Source: the human T2T-CHM13v2.0 reference genome, Homo sapiens
Strand: one strand, 5' to 3'
Length of the DNA: 64,000 bases
Assembly (NCBI RefSeq): GCF_009914755.1
Contig: NC_060933.1
The notes beneath the pieces were generated by a model. It did no database searches, was not told where the DNA came from, and saw only the letters and a list, made by a program, of their open reading frames with translations. The translations under genes were made by a program, and so were the position numbers. Positions 38,871-55,040 of this stretch are shown one piece after another (positions within the stretch are counted from its first letter, which is position 1; every line of letters begins with the position of its first letter).

Positions 38871-41800
38871 AAGCAGGAGAAAAAATACCCTCAAATTTCT
38901 TTTTTTTTTTCCTTTTTCTGGGGACATAAAGAGAAGAATTTGGAGATTAGAAGTGGGGAAAAACTTGCTTGTATTATATAAGTTTGTGAGCCAAAATGGG
39001 AAATTGCTGTATCATGAAAAGCTCATGATTATTGCATTTAATCTTTAGCTTCTTTAAAACAATCTTATTTTCCCCATTGTTGGATATTGGTTAAAATAGA
39101 AAAAAAAAGGTCACAAACCTTTTAAACTTTATTCCATGGCTACACAATTGGGTTGATTTGGATGACCCCTCACTTTCTCATTTATTCAAAAATTCTTTAC
39201 ATTTGTAATTTTTCTTATCCAAGCTAGTCTCCCACATGCTGTCTTTCTGATCATGGAAATCAACTTTCTTAAGAAGGCTAACCTCTTGGTTCAAGTGTGG
39301 CTGGTGGACTCCACCCCTGGCTGGGTTTTGGCATCTGACGTTGGTATAAAAGGTCTCAGCATTGTAAGTATAGGAAGGGTGGGGGCTTCCCAATGACCTC
39401 ACCCTTTCATACATGAATAGGTCACTCCCAGATAACAACCACTCTGAAACATGCCAGCCGGAAGGGAAGGGTCAATTTTAGAAAGTCAACAACCCCACTA
39501 CCCATTCATTCAATCATGGGCCTCAATGCCCTGAGAAAATCATTTTGCTAAACCATGGTTTCACCTACTGTAACATTATGCAAAACACACTGTCATCTCC
39601 CCAAGAGATGTCAGGAAAGACAGACAAGTAGCCCTAATTACAATCATATTCGCAACAACAAAAATGAGTATAGATATGTGTCACAAGGGATTTTTTTCTT
39701 CTCCCTTGACACTACTATGTATTAAAGAGACAACAGCTAACCTGATATTGCCCTTACTTCTCCTTGCTGGAATTTTATTGACAACTTAGTTTCCTTTCTG
39801 TGTTTCTTTATTAACTAAATCAGCACAAAACATAGGCAACAGTAAACATAAACTATTTTTATACATGCAAATTAGTGATAATACCTATCCAGAGAGTCAC
39901 TTTTCTAATATGGAGTGATCCAAAGAAGGATAAAGGTAGTCTAAATGTCAGGGTCTTCATTTGTTCTCCTATCCTGCAAATGGCCCTCATGTAAGTTTCC
40001 TACATTACACTTCCAAACAAATTCAACTCTTTCAACAAGCCTGGCATATAGAGGGACTCAAAAAGTATTACCTGAATTAAAGTGAAATGTATTTGTTAAA
40101 TTTTAAGGAAATAAAATATACCACTGTCATAATATATCTGGTTCTGGACTTCAGACAGGTCTTGGGGTCACAAGTTGTCACCTTTAATTTCAATAGCTAT
40201 TTGTTCTACCTTTAAGCCAACTAAGATGGGTCTGCAAAGCTCCAGCACCAGCATGTTAAAAGAGTGGCATTATCTACCTTAACGAACAGCTGGGCACACA
40301 TAATTCAGTAGCAAGAGGTTTCCTGCCATCACCAAGCTCTATTTGTTTTCCAAAACTAAAGGAAAACCTTTCTATTAACAGAGAATGTGTTCTAGTGAAA
40401 CCTTCTTATTGACAGAAATTTTGCAAATAAATACAGAAATAATATAGGCAGCACAGGGATGGATTTTCATGTAAAATAATTTTTATATTATTAAAATCAT
40501 TTTCTTGTCTAACTGGTCCATGAATATTCATTGATTGCATACCCTTTCAGGCACTAGAAATTAGGAGATGAAGAAGCTGTGTTGAAGGAATACAGGCTCT
40601 TCCAAACCCAGAAGTTTCAGGGAACAAAACAGCAGCTCTCTTCAGGGGGTTTCCCAGGGTAGTGAGGGAGTTTGAGGATATAGAGTCAGAAGATCACCTC
40701 TGGAACTCTTTGGCTCTACCCTACCTCAGAGGATTTTCTTGGAGGTGTCCCTCCAGGCTCCCAAGGAGAGATTGAGTTTGAGTTTAATATCTTTCCACCC
40801 CAAAAAAATCCTCTTCTTACCTGCTGCTCATTCCTGAAACTCCTTCCATGTGAACATTTTCCTTCTTATCAATTTGAGGTACGTGGAAAAGTGTAAATAA
40901 TTGCTCGACTGTGGCCTGGACTCCACTTGAAATACAATCAACTTGTCAATGCATGAGCAATAATGACTTCTTCATTTCTTATCAGATCTTTCTTGGGGCA
41001 CTAGTGTTTCTGATGCCCAAACCTTGTCCTTACCCACCAAACTGCTTGCGTGCATAAGGTTGCGTCCTGAGCTTGACCTCTCTGAGATTCCATTTTCCTG
41101 TCTACAAAATGTCTGTCCTCCCTATTATGTGAAGAACAAATGAAATAATGAGTGGGAAAGTGCTTTGGAAGCTGTAGCTGTGGTGCAAACACAGGGATGA
41201 TGATAATGATGGTGACTACCCCCATAGTGCTTAGCACCCTCTGGCAAGGTTTATGTCTCTTCAACTCCTTACATCCTCAGAAATTAAGCTCCAGGAAAGC
41301 GAGCTCTTGATTTTGCTGCCATATCACCAGGCACCCTGTGAGTGGCAAGAGAGTGAATTAATGTTCCATATATGTTGCCAAGAGGTTTTTTCCCCTCCTC
41401 TTTTCTTATTCTTTAATAATAACATCATAAGGAGTCTTATCTTCCAAAATTCTTACCAAAATTCAGTTGAAAATTTTGTTAACTTGAGAGTGCTCTTTTT
41501 AAAAATTACTATTTGTTATACTCTGCTACTATTGGAACAGAGATATTAAATAATCCTGTTAGCTTCATAAAGCTAGATATGTTGAAAAACATTAATATTG
41601 TATTCCCCTTCTATGGATGAGAAAACAGAGTCCAAAGATGTGAAGTTTCTTGGCTCTGGTGTGGTAATCAGTGGCATCTATAGGCTGGCAATTGCAGCTT
41701 TTCCTTTTGGTGACACCATCTCCCTCTTCTCTCTGTGGACATGTTGGGTGCCTGAGTATGCCCTGCTATTCAGACTAAGGATGTGAATAAGAATCTATCA

Positions 41801-43444
41801 AGCTAACTAAGTGGATGTTGTTAGGTCACCTCAAGTGGCATGTGTCAAAGCTCTAGGAATAAAGAGAAAATAAATGGGAATAGGGTTCATGTAGATGGGA
41901 AGTCAACCAGGGACAGGGAAGAGAATAAGGTAGGAAGAACTTTCAAAAGCCTAGGAAACCAACAGAGCAGCCATGTATTCATTTAGCAAATAATGAATGC
42001 CTACTACATGAATGACTCTGGGGAAACAAAGGTGATTGCCAACCAATTGTTGTTTTGCTTGAAAGATACTACTGTCAAAGGAGCAGAATGAATTGATGGA
42101 TGAGAACTCACTTCTACTTGATGGTCTCTCTTCAAACCACTTTACAGTCCCCGCCAGATACTTACATGTGTAAACTACAATAAATTGTTATTATTTTATC
42201 ACTAATACCAGTCTTAGATACATAATTGCCAACTAAATACTGTCGTCTAGTAAACTGAATGGATTGAAAGATGGGAATTCACTTTACCTTGATTATCTCT
42301 TGGGCCTGCGACCCAGTAGGGCCACTGGTGTAAGTTCAGGAGACTTATCTCACCTCAAACAAGTTTGTAGTTGTCCCCAGGCACTTAAAAGTACAAACTA
42401 TAATAAATTAGCAAAAGTGAAGTTTGGCCAGGACCCTGAGGTAGCCCTGGGGCTGGATGTCTGGGTGATAAATGGAAAACTTGCAAATGCTTCACCCCTC
42501 TAGACACCATCAAAGCTAATGCTGCCAAGGGCTTCCACAGTACACAGCAATGTTCAGTTTTGAGAGTGCACATGTTTTTAGAACCTGGTTCTTGTTGTCA
42601 GATGACAAGAGAGAGAAGCCCTTTTTTTTTTTTTTTTTAATCATAGGCTGTCTTTGGATAAGAAATTTACAGAAGTCTCTGTCTGGCAGGTGAAGGGGAA
42701 GGTTGAGTGACAATGACCAAAATGCATTCTAAGTTTTGCTAAGAGACTTTTGGAAGTCCCTATCCATTCTCCTTTGGGAGGAAATATGACATCTGATTTT
42801 AATTTTTTTAAATTACAGAAAATGAAATGCTACATGGAATTGTTGTTTCCCCTAGATTTATATATTTGATACAGGGTTTTAACCCATGACAAAATTCATT
42901 TTAAAAATATTTTCCATTTGAAGTTGTTTGAGACTTACAAGAAATTAAAAAAAATAGTACAAAGGCTTCACATATACTCTTCCCTCACCTTACCTCCATG
43001 ATGACATTTACACAACTATAGTGCATTGCTAATTCACTAGGGCCTGCCTCAGGTGAATTAAAACGTGGCTCATTCCCCAAGGAACTCAAACCTAGTGAGG
43101 GAAACAGACCAAGAGTGCAATAAGTCCTAGGACACAGAAACACGCTACTACTAAAGACCAGAGGAGAGGCATTTCTATCAGATTCTTTGTGCAGGAAGAC
43201 TCCTCAAAGACAAGCCTCACTGAAATTGTAAGGCTAAGTAATCTTTACCCCCGCCCCCACAAGGATCACAGAATATTTGAGGCAGAGGAGCGGCATGTGC
43301 TAAGTTTCAGCAATGTAAAATAGCAGGATCCATTCAGAGAATGAAATTAAATCAACTTGGATGGATTAAAGAGTGTGTATGTACTGTGGGTAAGTAGAGG
43401 TTAGGGAGAGAAAGAAGGGACAGCAGATATGTCTAGAAAGGCAG

Positions 43445-43640
43445 TGTATTAGTAAGGGTTCTTCAGAGAAACAGAACCAACAGGACATACACTAAGAGGT
43501 ATACCTGAAAGAGGATTTATTATGGACATTGGTTCACAGATTATGGAATCTGAGAAGTCCTGTGATATGCTGTCTGCAAGCAGGAGAACAGGGAAGCCAG
43601 TGGCAAGGCCTGGGAACCAAGAGAGCAGATGGTTTCATTG
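43445..43640 (-). mobile_element. MLT2B-like LTR fragment
   Basis: tgtattagtaagggttcttcagagaaacagaaccaacagg. Confidence 0.75.
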
Positions 43641-43821
43641 GAATAACAGAGAAGGCACAGGCACTATCACTCTCTTAGCCTTGAAGCAGCAGGTCAGATG
43701 ACATTCTTACATGGTTATGGGCAGAAGTTCATCACCACCTTCTCCTTCTTTTGTAATGATACATCAAGACTATTGAGAGAAACAGAATGCATAGCAAATT
43801 AGAAGTTATCCTTAAGTATGA

Positions 43822-44160
<339 letters not shown>

Positions 44161-44364
44161 GCATCTTCTTCTTTCTTGGTAGAACATTTAATCTTTACCT
44201 GGCCATGTCCTACAAGTACTTACTAACTTTAGATTAGTAACCTCTTCTCAGAAGCTCTTCCTGGCGCTCTTACCCCCACCATACACAGAAAGACTGGGTT
44301 ACTGCCCCTCCTGCATGCTCCACTAGCAACATTCACTTTCTTCCCTGATAGGACCTATGACACA

Positions 44365-44412
44365 CATGAATTGTAGTTACCATGAATTGTAGTTACCGTG
44401 AATTGTAGTTAC
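44365..44412. repeat. 16-nt tandem repeat x3 within an L2 fragment
   Basis: catgaattgtagttac x2 plus cgtgaattgtagttac. Confidence 0.95.
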
Positions 44413-45749
44413 CCGCTCACCTGTTTGTCTTCCCCTTAGGCTGTGATAATACTCCTGGAGGGTAGGGGTTACACATTGTATTCCCAGTGCTTTCCACCTA
44501 GGAAATATGTTAAGAAAATGAAGTGTTGTGGCTACAGGCAAGACTCAAGGAACCAATCTCTTCTAAACCAACAATTCTGTCCAAAATCCTGAATTTTCCT
44601 GTTGATTTTATATTTTTCACTGAACTAACGTGAACTATTTCTGTTAGAAACATGAAATCCAAAGTGCACATCAAACCAACTGAATGTTTATTTAAAACCA
44701 AAAATCATAATAACCTCAGGAGACTTTGAAAACCCTGTGTTATTTCCCAAGAAGAAAACTTACCTGTTGGCGACAATGAGTCGCCAAACGATCTACTTTC
44801 CTGATGACCTTGAACAATTATTAGGCATTTTACCAGCTGGGAAGGTTCCAATGTTCAATAAAAACAGATAACCTCTGGCACTTTTTAAAATCTGTGATTT
44901 CCCAAGCTGAGCATAACTTCCATCACTGGTGTGTTCTTTATCTTCCTCTTTAAGATGAAAGCTGCCTCTGTGATGTGCACCTACACAGAACAGCTGTTCC
45001 AGTTGGCTTTACATAAACAAGCAATTCCCCCAAATCAAGACTTGTTCCCACCAGTGCAGTTAATTAATCTGTCCGTTAATCAACAAACGTTTATCGAAGA
45101 GCAGGCACTGTTCCAAGCATTGAAAACACAGCAGTCAACGAAACAGATGAGACCCCTGCCTTCATGGAGCTCACATAATTCAAGGAGTCTGATTGTACTG
45201 ATTGATGATAAACATACAAATAAAGTTATAAGAAATGTCTGAGGTTACAGAAAAAGGATTTCCTGCCTAAAGGAAATAACAGTTAGGTCTTTGCTTTATT
45301 GAGTGACTGGCCCAGGGCCAGAGAAAGCACTAGTTGTAAGGATTATTATTGGAAAAAATTTGTTGTAATTAGGTAAACCAAGTGTTATTAACTCTGAGCT
45401 ACAGGGATATGGAAATAGAGAACCTTCTTTGATATGGCATTGGCAGCTATGGGATTTTGCCTGTGGGCTGCAATGGGATTTAACATAGAACTGTACTGTT
45501 TGGCACAAAAGGAATTTTCCCCCTTTTTCTGTGTGTCCCAAAGGAGCAATATGAGTTATTTAATATACCTAATAAAGTTAAAACTTGACCAGTTGAAAGG
45601 AGATTAGAGCGCATTTGTTTTTCTGTGTCAGCCTGATTAAAGTAACTCATTAGTGGTCAATCCCACTATAGAACCAGATACACAACATGTGTGAAAAGTT
45701 ATCAAGTCAGAAGACAGAGCTATGGGCTTATTGTCAATAACTCTACCTG

Positions 45750-46070
45750 CTGGTACCATCTGCACATTTTCTGACTTATCTGTGTACCGCTTGTACTATT
45801 ACTTACCTAACATTTTTCTTTAAGTCAATTCACTTTTTTACTTAAAAAGCAAATGTGATGGCATTATGGATAGAGAAACCAATATCATTGTTATAAATAG
45901 CACATAGTCATAAAAATCAATGCAACAAATCAAGCAATACTATTATATTCTAGCTAGATAGTGTTGCCTGGTGACTGCTCTGATTTTTTTATGGTAAAAC
46001 CTTTTTTTTTTGTCAAAAATGAGAAACTGGTAACTGATAGAGGGGTTTTAGAAACATCACAGGATAAGAA
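45750..46070. mobile_element. Ancient hAT-Charlie fragment (MER113-like)
   Basis: Recalled similarity: ttctagctagatagtgttgcctg; tgtactattacttacctaacatttttc. Confidence 0.35.
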
Positions 46071-47789
46071 GAAGGCATATTCCTTGAGGCCATTAGGAGG
46101 GATTAGATTCTCCCTCTGTGAGTCAATGTTGCTTCTATGTCTATGCATAAGCTAAAATAATATCCTATTGTATGAACAGAAAATGCTCCTCTTTGGGAAA
46201 TATTGAACCAGGTGGCTTTGAGAGTGCCTTCCGGCTCTTAAACGGCACAGTTCTCTGAGACACACTCTCTAGTTAGGAGCAGGGAGGAGAGATGTCATTC
46301 ACAGCTCTCTTTCAGGTTGCCCACCAAAAGTCAACCAGTGCTTCCTCTTCTCCCAGCCTTCACTCATAGTTCACATCCCATTTTCTTTACTCTACCTGCG
46401 GCAGACAGGCCAACCACCCTCAGCCTGGAAAACTCCCTTTCACAACATGGAAAGATAGAGGAAAGAAGAAAGAACCATGGTGAGATCAGTTACAGTAAGG
46501 GGGTCTGGGTGATCTGGGACAAATGAAGCGATCACAGCTCCTTAGCTCAGTGCTGAGCTCACATGACACCTAACATGAAGGTACAGTATCTGAAAAACAT
46601 CTTTTGTAGAGGCAACATGTTGACTCTGGATGGAATGTTTCACTTCTCATACAGATGTTTGGAATCCTACAAACAGTGCCTCCCATTTCCTTATGTACCA
46701 GTTTATTCTCTTCCAGAATCATTTGTTGTCAGTTAGACACACCTTGAGTCTAATGTTAATTCTTAGACACAAAACTCTCTACCAAAGGGTCAGGAAACCC
46801 CCAGGATTTGACAATGTGCAAAAAAATAAGAGAAACACTGAACAGGCTTGAATTCCTAGGAATCTTTGGAGGAAAGTCAAGACCTTCTTTGTTATATTTG
46901 TAGATAATCAATGTTTTCGTTTGCTCTATTGATCTTTCTCAATCGTCTTTTTTTTTTTTTGCTTGTTCAAGCAAAGAATTAGTCACAATTTAATGTAAGT
47001 GAAAAAAGTTAATAAGCCTTTTAATCTTTTAAAATTATTTATGAAAGGCCATTTAGTTCTGGGTGCTCAAATGCTAATGTTTGCCTAAATCTTTTCATTA
47101 AGACTATGCATAGAATTTCTATTATCTCAGAAAAATGACTCCCTCTTGTGGCAAGAGCAGATTTTGCAGCCAATTCTAGGGCTTTTGAGTTCTTAGGTGC
47201 TAAAGAGCTGGGTAAATTCTTAGAAACCCTCATTTTACAGATGAAATAAGTGAAACCCAGAGTATAGGTAATGTATTGGTGTTTATATCTGGTTGGTGAT
47301 TGAGACAGACCCAGTATCCAAGTCTCCAATTTCCCAGGGAAGGGCTTTTCCCTTATATTTTCAAAAGTTTAAGAAATGCCCTTACTGGTGTGATTTCCAG
47401 TCAAAGGCTCTCCTTTCTGCTTCCTCTGAACAGAGCCGGTGGAGAGGCCATTCTCTGTCCAGGCAACATTTTCCTCCATGTGAAAGCTGCTTCTTGGTGG
47501 GCTTTCTCAACGAGATAATTAGCCATTTCCCAGAGCTGGGCTCTAAGCTGCATCCCCACATCGGAGAGCAGTTCTACCCATACAACAAGGACTCTCTTCA
47601 TTTCTCTGGGAACAGCCACCATCTATCATCCTTGGGTACTGCTTTCTGTCTAATTCTCGCTCACTTGGCTTGTTGTGACAATGAGTAGGGCTTTAAACAC
47701 AGCACTGGGAGATACAGGCGGACACAGCCACAACCCAGCTTCCTATAAGGGTAACCATTGCAACTACTGGAAATACGATAAAACTATCT

Positions 47790-48310
<521 letters not shown>

Positions 48311-49231
48311 AAGGTCTACAGCAAAGTAAGTTGCCTACCCAAATTGTAAAGCACAAGTCACAGTTCTGTTTGTTTCATGACTGGGTACAAATTGATAGTC
48401 ATTCATCAAAGCAAAAATGACAAACTTAGATTTCATAAACTGGTAAAGAGAGCCACCAACAACCCAGCCAAGTAAACTGTGCTCTGCTCCATGTAGATTT
48501 TAGTCACTACAGAGTAGGGAGAAAGACACTAATTCTTGGATTCCCAAATATACCCCTCACCCTGCCTGTGCACCTGATCTCTAAGTCTAACATACAACCT
48601 CTAACCCACAAGTCAGAAGTTTCTGCTTGAATAACATCAAAGTCTATTGACATGAGACACACTCAGACACAACTGTCTCCCGTGGATAACTCTTTAGGTT
48701 TCTATGAACCAAAAGATCTACTCCCAACAAGCCTTCCAGTAAAAGCTGCCATCTTGCCTGTATTGACCAGGAGGCAAAGAAAATCCAGGAAATGAGCCAA
48801 TTTAGGAAAAGAACAAGGCAACATCAGAGACCCTTGAGGGATACCCATTAGAGGAAGAGGAAGTTGAACAGCCCAAAGAAGACCCAGATATCACTAAATG
48901 ATTCTGGAGACATCTGAGAGAAAGAACAGTCATAATTTTTTACAATTATTTTTACTGATTTGGAAAATGTAGATAAATGTTTCTCATACTTAATGTTTTT
49001 GATGCACTAATTAATTATGGGTGATAGCCTCAAGTTTTCCATCTTTTATGATTAGTAAAAATGATGAGATTTTTGGAAACGCAGCTCTATTGGAAAAGCA
49101 GCTCTAATGTAGTTCTGAGTTGATGGTGTAAATAATCAATTTTAGCAAAACAAATACTGGGGTTTCTTATTCCCACTTGAGAAATGCAGGTGGATAAGCA
49201 CTAAAGCTAAGCAGGATCCCAGGAAAGCCCT

Positions 49232-50030
<799 letters not shown>

Positions 50031-52569
50031 TGCAAAATGTCCTCTTCTCATTTCTCAATACTCATGACATCTTTCTGTGGTTGAGATTGCTGTCTTACAG
50101 CTTTTAGGGTATTTGTCTACAAAAGCAGAATCATTTGGGGCAACTCTTAAAACGTCTATACCCAGTTCCTACTTTCTGATTGAATTGATGTTAATGGTTA
50201 GCCAGGGTTGAGCACTCTAGGCCTAATCAAGCAGTTATTCTTAAATCTGAAGGGCAATAATGTCCCTTAACATGTGGGTGCAGTGTCTCAGGATTACATT
50301 TGGCTGGCATGGGACAAGACCGTGAGCTATGAATTCCAGCCACCACTGCTCCAAAGGGATTAATTAGAGATGTCTAAGGTGTGTAGGGGAATGAAACAGC
50401 CAACATAAACATATACGCTACCACCTCAGTCATGCTGCCATCTCCCAGGACTTTGCAGATGAGTTTTATTGGCCAGATTTTAAACGTTTGAAGCTTATAG
50501 TTTGTTTCTTTTTCTTTCTGAAGCCCATAGTTTGTTTCTCTTTCTTTTTATTTTTGGTTAAATGTCTGCCTTTGGATCCTTGTATAAAGGAGACTTTTAT
50601 CCATCTAGCTCTTGTAATCCCACCAGTTTTGGCTGAAGTACAGTAGTAGTTAGACTTTCATAGCAGAACAAACTATACATGAAGCCTGGTTCAAATCGTA
50701 TGCCCCTAAACATAACAGTTGTGCTATAAAAATCCACCAATGTCCACCCTTTTCTAAGATGCTAACATTATAAAGTCAATGTTCTTTGGTTGTGTGTTTT
50801 TATTTTCCATTTTGTGATTGTGTATGTGTATTTACTTTGTATTATGAAAGTTCTCAAATATACCACAATTTAGAGAGAATAGTACATTTATCTCCTCCTT
50901 GTTCATAACCTAACTTCACCAATTATCAATATGTGGCCAATTTTTTTCATCAGTACCTATAATTTCTGTCACTATCCCCCCAAAGAAGCTGGAATATATT
51001 GAGGCAAACCCTGGGTATATCATTCCATTCATAAGTACTTCAGAAGACACATGCATTTTAATCTCTGTCAATATTACTAATCGATGAGCATATTTCCTGG
51101 CATTGAAATGATATGAACTATCACTCCATACCAGAAATGGTAGACTACAGTATTATTCATTCAATAAGCAGATATTAGGTACCCAACTCATGTTTGCTGC
51201 TTAGGATAGAAAATAGAATTAGACATGGTATTTGTTTTCGAGAGTTTTAAGTTCAGTATGTGTGTGTGTAGGTAGGTAGGTAGATGAAAGAGGCAGGAAG
51301 GAAAAGCATAGAGTTGGCTACAGTGCAGTTTGTGACTGTTGTGGGCAAGGGTGGCATATGCTTTGGGAAACACCTTTTGCCAGAGCAGATACCCTGAGCT
51401 GAATTTTGAAGATTCATCACCAAATGATGATGTGGAGGTTGAAGTATATTCCAGGCAATGAGAAGAACCCTATGAAGCTCCTAATCTCTAAAGCATGTTA
51501 AATGCCTATATGCTCATTGGTTGAAATTGCTCTATTCAGTTAGCTGTCCTAAGGGGGGCCATGTAGCATCACTTCTGACGCCTAATTACAGTCAGCCACT
51601 CTGATTCCCAGACAGAATTTCCAAAATGAATTGAGTCACAAAGTAATAGCAGGTCTACTCATCTGTACCTCTTTGACAGCCTGCACCAACTCTTATGTCT
51701 TAGATTCATAGCCCAGATAGAAAAATTCTCAGTAGATACTGTGTAGAAGGGGTATAGGTATGAGAATCTGGGCAAATCAGAAGGCATGTTCTACCAAGGG
51801 TAACTCAGTATCATAGTCTCTGCACAATATAATGCAATGGATCTATTAGACTATTTGTGTTACTACATAAAAAAGTAGATAAATGATAGAGATAGCACAC
51901 TAACACAATCAGTTAGATTAACCAAAAGTTGAGTTTTTTTTCTTTTGACATGGAATCCAATTAAAAGCCTTTAGAATATTTGCAGGGAGAAAGTAAAGTA
52001 ACACTTGCTACTTGATGGTATTCAGAGGTATTTTGGTGTATAATATTTCGTAGACTAAGATATTAATAAAAATAACATTTGCGTGTAATTTTATTACAAA
52101 ACTGTGTGAAGTAACATGCTAAATCCCTCTTCATAACTTTTTTAATCTTCACAATATATTTATAAGTACATCCTAGAATTACACTCATTTTAAAAATAGA
52201 GATGGACAGAAAAAAGTTAAGGAATTTATGTAAGATCACACAAAAAGCAGTAAATCTTGAATTTGAGCCTAGCAGTGTTATTTCCGTGTTCATGGTGTGA
52301 ATACTATGCAATATACGTTCATTATAGTGTTTTTTACAATAATGTGATTTTCATGTAGAGTGGATTATCTCAAAAGTTATACAAGGAAATTTCAGGAAAC
52401 CCATTAAGTCATTCTGGAACTTTATGAAACTTACTCTGTGAAAATCATTTAACTCTGCTATCTTATGACCAAAAGGTGGGCCTCTTTCTAGATGCTGATA
52501 CAGCATTATCTGTAATATGTACTCCAATTGTAAGCTGTTTATATTTCCAATAATGGAGTAATGGTTATA

Positions 52570-52980
52570 CAGTCATACACTACATAATGATATTTCTGTC
52601 AACGACAGCCCACATATGCGACAGTGGTTCCATAAGATTATAATGGAGCTGAAAAATTCCTATTGCCTAGTGACATCATGGCCTTGGCAACGTCGTAGCT
52701 CAATGCATTACCTTTTCTATGTTTAGATATGTCAATGCTATAAATAAAAATATAAAATATATACATAAACATTGTGTTTCAATTGCCTACAGTATTCAGT
52801 ATAGTAACATGCTGTACAGATTTGTAGCCTAGGAGCAGTTGGCTGTGTCTAGGTGTGTAGTAGAGTAGGCTGTACCATCTAGGTTTGTGGAAATGCACTC
52901 TGTGATGTTCACACAATGACAAAATTGCCTAATGATGCATTTCTCAGAATGTATCACTGTCATTAAGTGATACGTGACTG
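52570..52980. mobile_element. Tigger3-family deletion derivative
   Basis: TA-cagtca...tgactg-TA. Confidence 0.88.
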
Positions 52981-53444
52981 TATATGTGTGTATATATAAT
53001 GAATTTGTATGTGTGTATAGTACATTCATATGATAGACTCTTTTGCAGCCATGAAAACACATACTTAGAAATAAGTAGGAAAATAGAAATAATATATTTG
53101 AAATATATAAGTGAGCATAACTAAAATATTAGAATAGAATAAAACTATATGCATGTATATATGTGCATATGTATGTACATACAGACATACACGTATATAT
53201 GTATGCATGTTTATGTATATATTTTATATTTTTATTTATGTATTTATACATATAAATATATAGATAGATATAATTTGTATAATGCCAACAGAGAGAAAGA
53301 GAATTAAAAAAAAAATACACCAAGATGGTGAGTAGAGTTTTGTTATTTGGGAGATTATGAAATATTTTTATTTATATTATTGTTTTCCACAATAAACTTG
53401 TACTGTTCCAATCAGAAAATGATTTTTTAAAGTACATCTATCTT

Positions 53445-55040
53445 TCTTGAGCAATACCCACAAGCATAGGCCACCAAAGCAAAAATGGACCAACGGGATC
53501 ACATCAAGTTAAAAAGCTTCTAAACAGTAAAGGAAACAGTCGACAAAGTGAAGAGACACCGTACAGAATGGGAGAAAATATTTGCAAATGATCCCTCTCA
53601 CAAGGGATTAACAACCAGAATATTAAGGAGCTCAAACAACTCTATAAGAAAAACATTGAATAATCCAATCAAAAATAGGCAAAAGATCTGAATAGACATT
53701 TCTCAGAAGAAGACATACAAATGGCAACAGGCATATGAAAAGGTGCTGAACATCACTGATCATCAGAGAACTGCAAATCAAAACTACAATGAGATATCAT
53801 CTTACCTCAGTTAAAATGGCTTTTATCCAAAAGACAGGCAGTAACAAATGCTGGTGAGGATGTGGAAGAAAGAGAACCTTTGTACACTGTTGGTGGGAAA
53901 GTAAATGAGTACAACCACTATGAAGAGCAGTTTGGAGGTTCCTCAAAAAACTAAAAATGGAGGCACCATATGATCCAGCAATCCCACTGCTGGGTATATA
54001 CTCAAAAGTAGGGAAAACAATATATTAAAGAGATATCTGCACTCCTGTGTTTGTTACAGCACTATTCACAATAGCTAACATTTGGAACAACATAAGTGTC
54101 CGTCAACAGATGAATGGATAAAGAAAATGTGGTGCATATACACGCTGGAGTACTATTCAGCCATAAAAAGAATGAGATCCGGTCATTTGTAACAACATAG
54201 ATGGAACTGGTGGCCATTATGTTAAGTGAAATAAGCCAGGCACAGAAAGACAAACATTGCATGTTTTCACTTATTTGTGGGATCTAAAAACCAGAACAGT
54301 TGAAAACATGGACATAGAGAGTAGAAGGATAGTTACCAGAGGCTGGGAAGGGTAGTCGGGGGCTGGAGGTGAGGATGGTTAATGGGTGTATTAGTCCATT
54401 TTCACACTGCTATGAAGAGATACCTGAGACTGAGCAATTTGTAAAGAAAACAGATTTAATTGGCTCATAGTTCTGCAGGTTGTACAGAAAGCATAGTGGC
54501 AACCTGCTTAGCGAAGGGGGAGCAGGCCCATGACATGGCCAGAGCAGGAGGAAGAGGGAGCAAAGGGGGAAGTGCCACACAGTTTTAAATAACCAGATTT
54601 TGCAAGAACTCACTGTCAGGAGGACAGTACCAAGGTGGGTGGTGCTAAGCCATTCCTGAGAAATCTCCCCTCATGATCTAATCACCTCCCACCAGGCCCC
54701 ACCTCCAACACTGGGGATTACAATTCAGTAGGTGATTTGGATGAGGACACAAATCCAAACCATATCAATGGGTACAAAAAAAAATAGAATAAATAAGGCC
54801 TACTATTTGATAGGATAACAGGGCAACTACAGTCAATACTAACTTAATTCTACATTTTAAAATAACTAAAAGAGTGTACTTGGATTGTTTGTAACCCAAA
54901 GGATAAGTGCTTGAAAGGATGGATATCCCATTCTCCATGATGTGATTATTTCACATTGCCTGCCTATATCAAAGCATCTCATGTACCCCATAAAGATATA
55001 TACCTACTATGTGCCCACAGGCATTAAAAATAAAAAAAGA
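53445..55040 (+). mobile_element. L1MA (MA1/2-like) 3' end
   Basis: ORF2 C-terminal region (gaatgggagaaaatatttgc; ccagcaatcccactgctggg) plus 3'UTR and A tail. Confidence 0.9.
54387..54767 (-). mobile_element. MST (A/B) MaLR LTR inside the L1MA
   Basis: tgtattagtccatttt...ccaaaccatatca; perfect TSD atggg. Confidence 0.9.
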
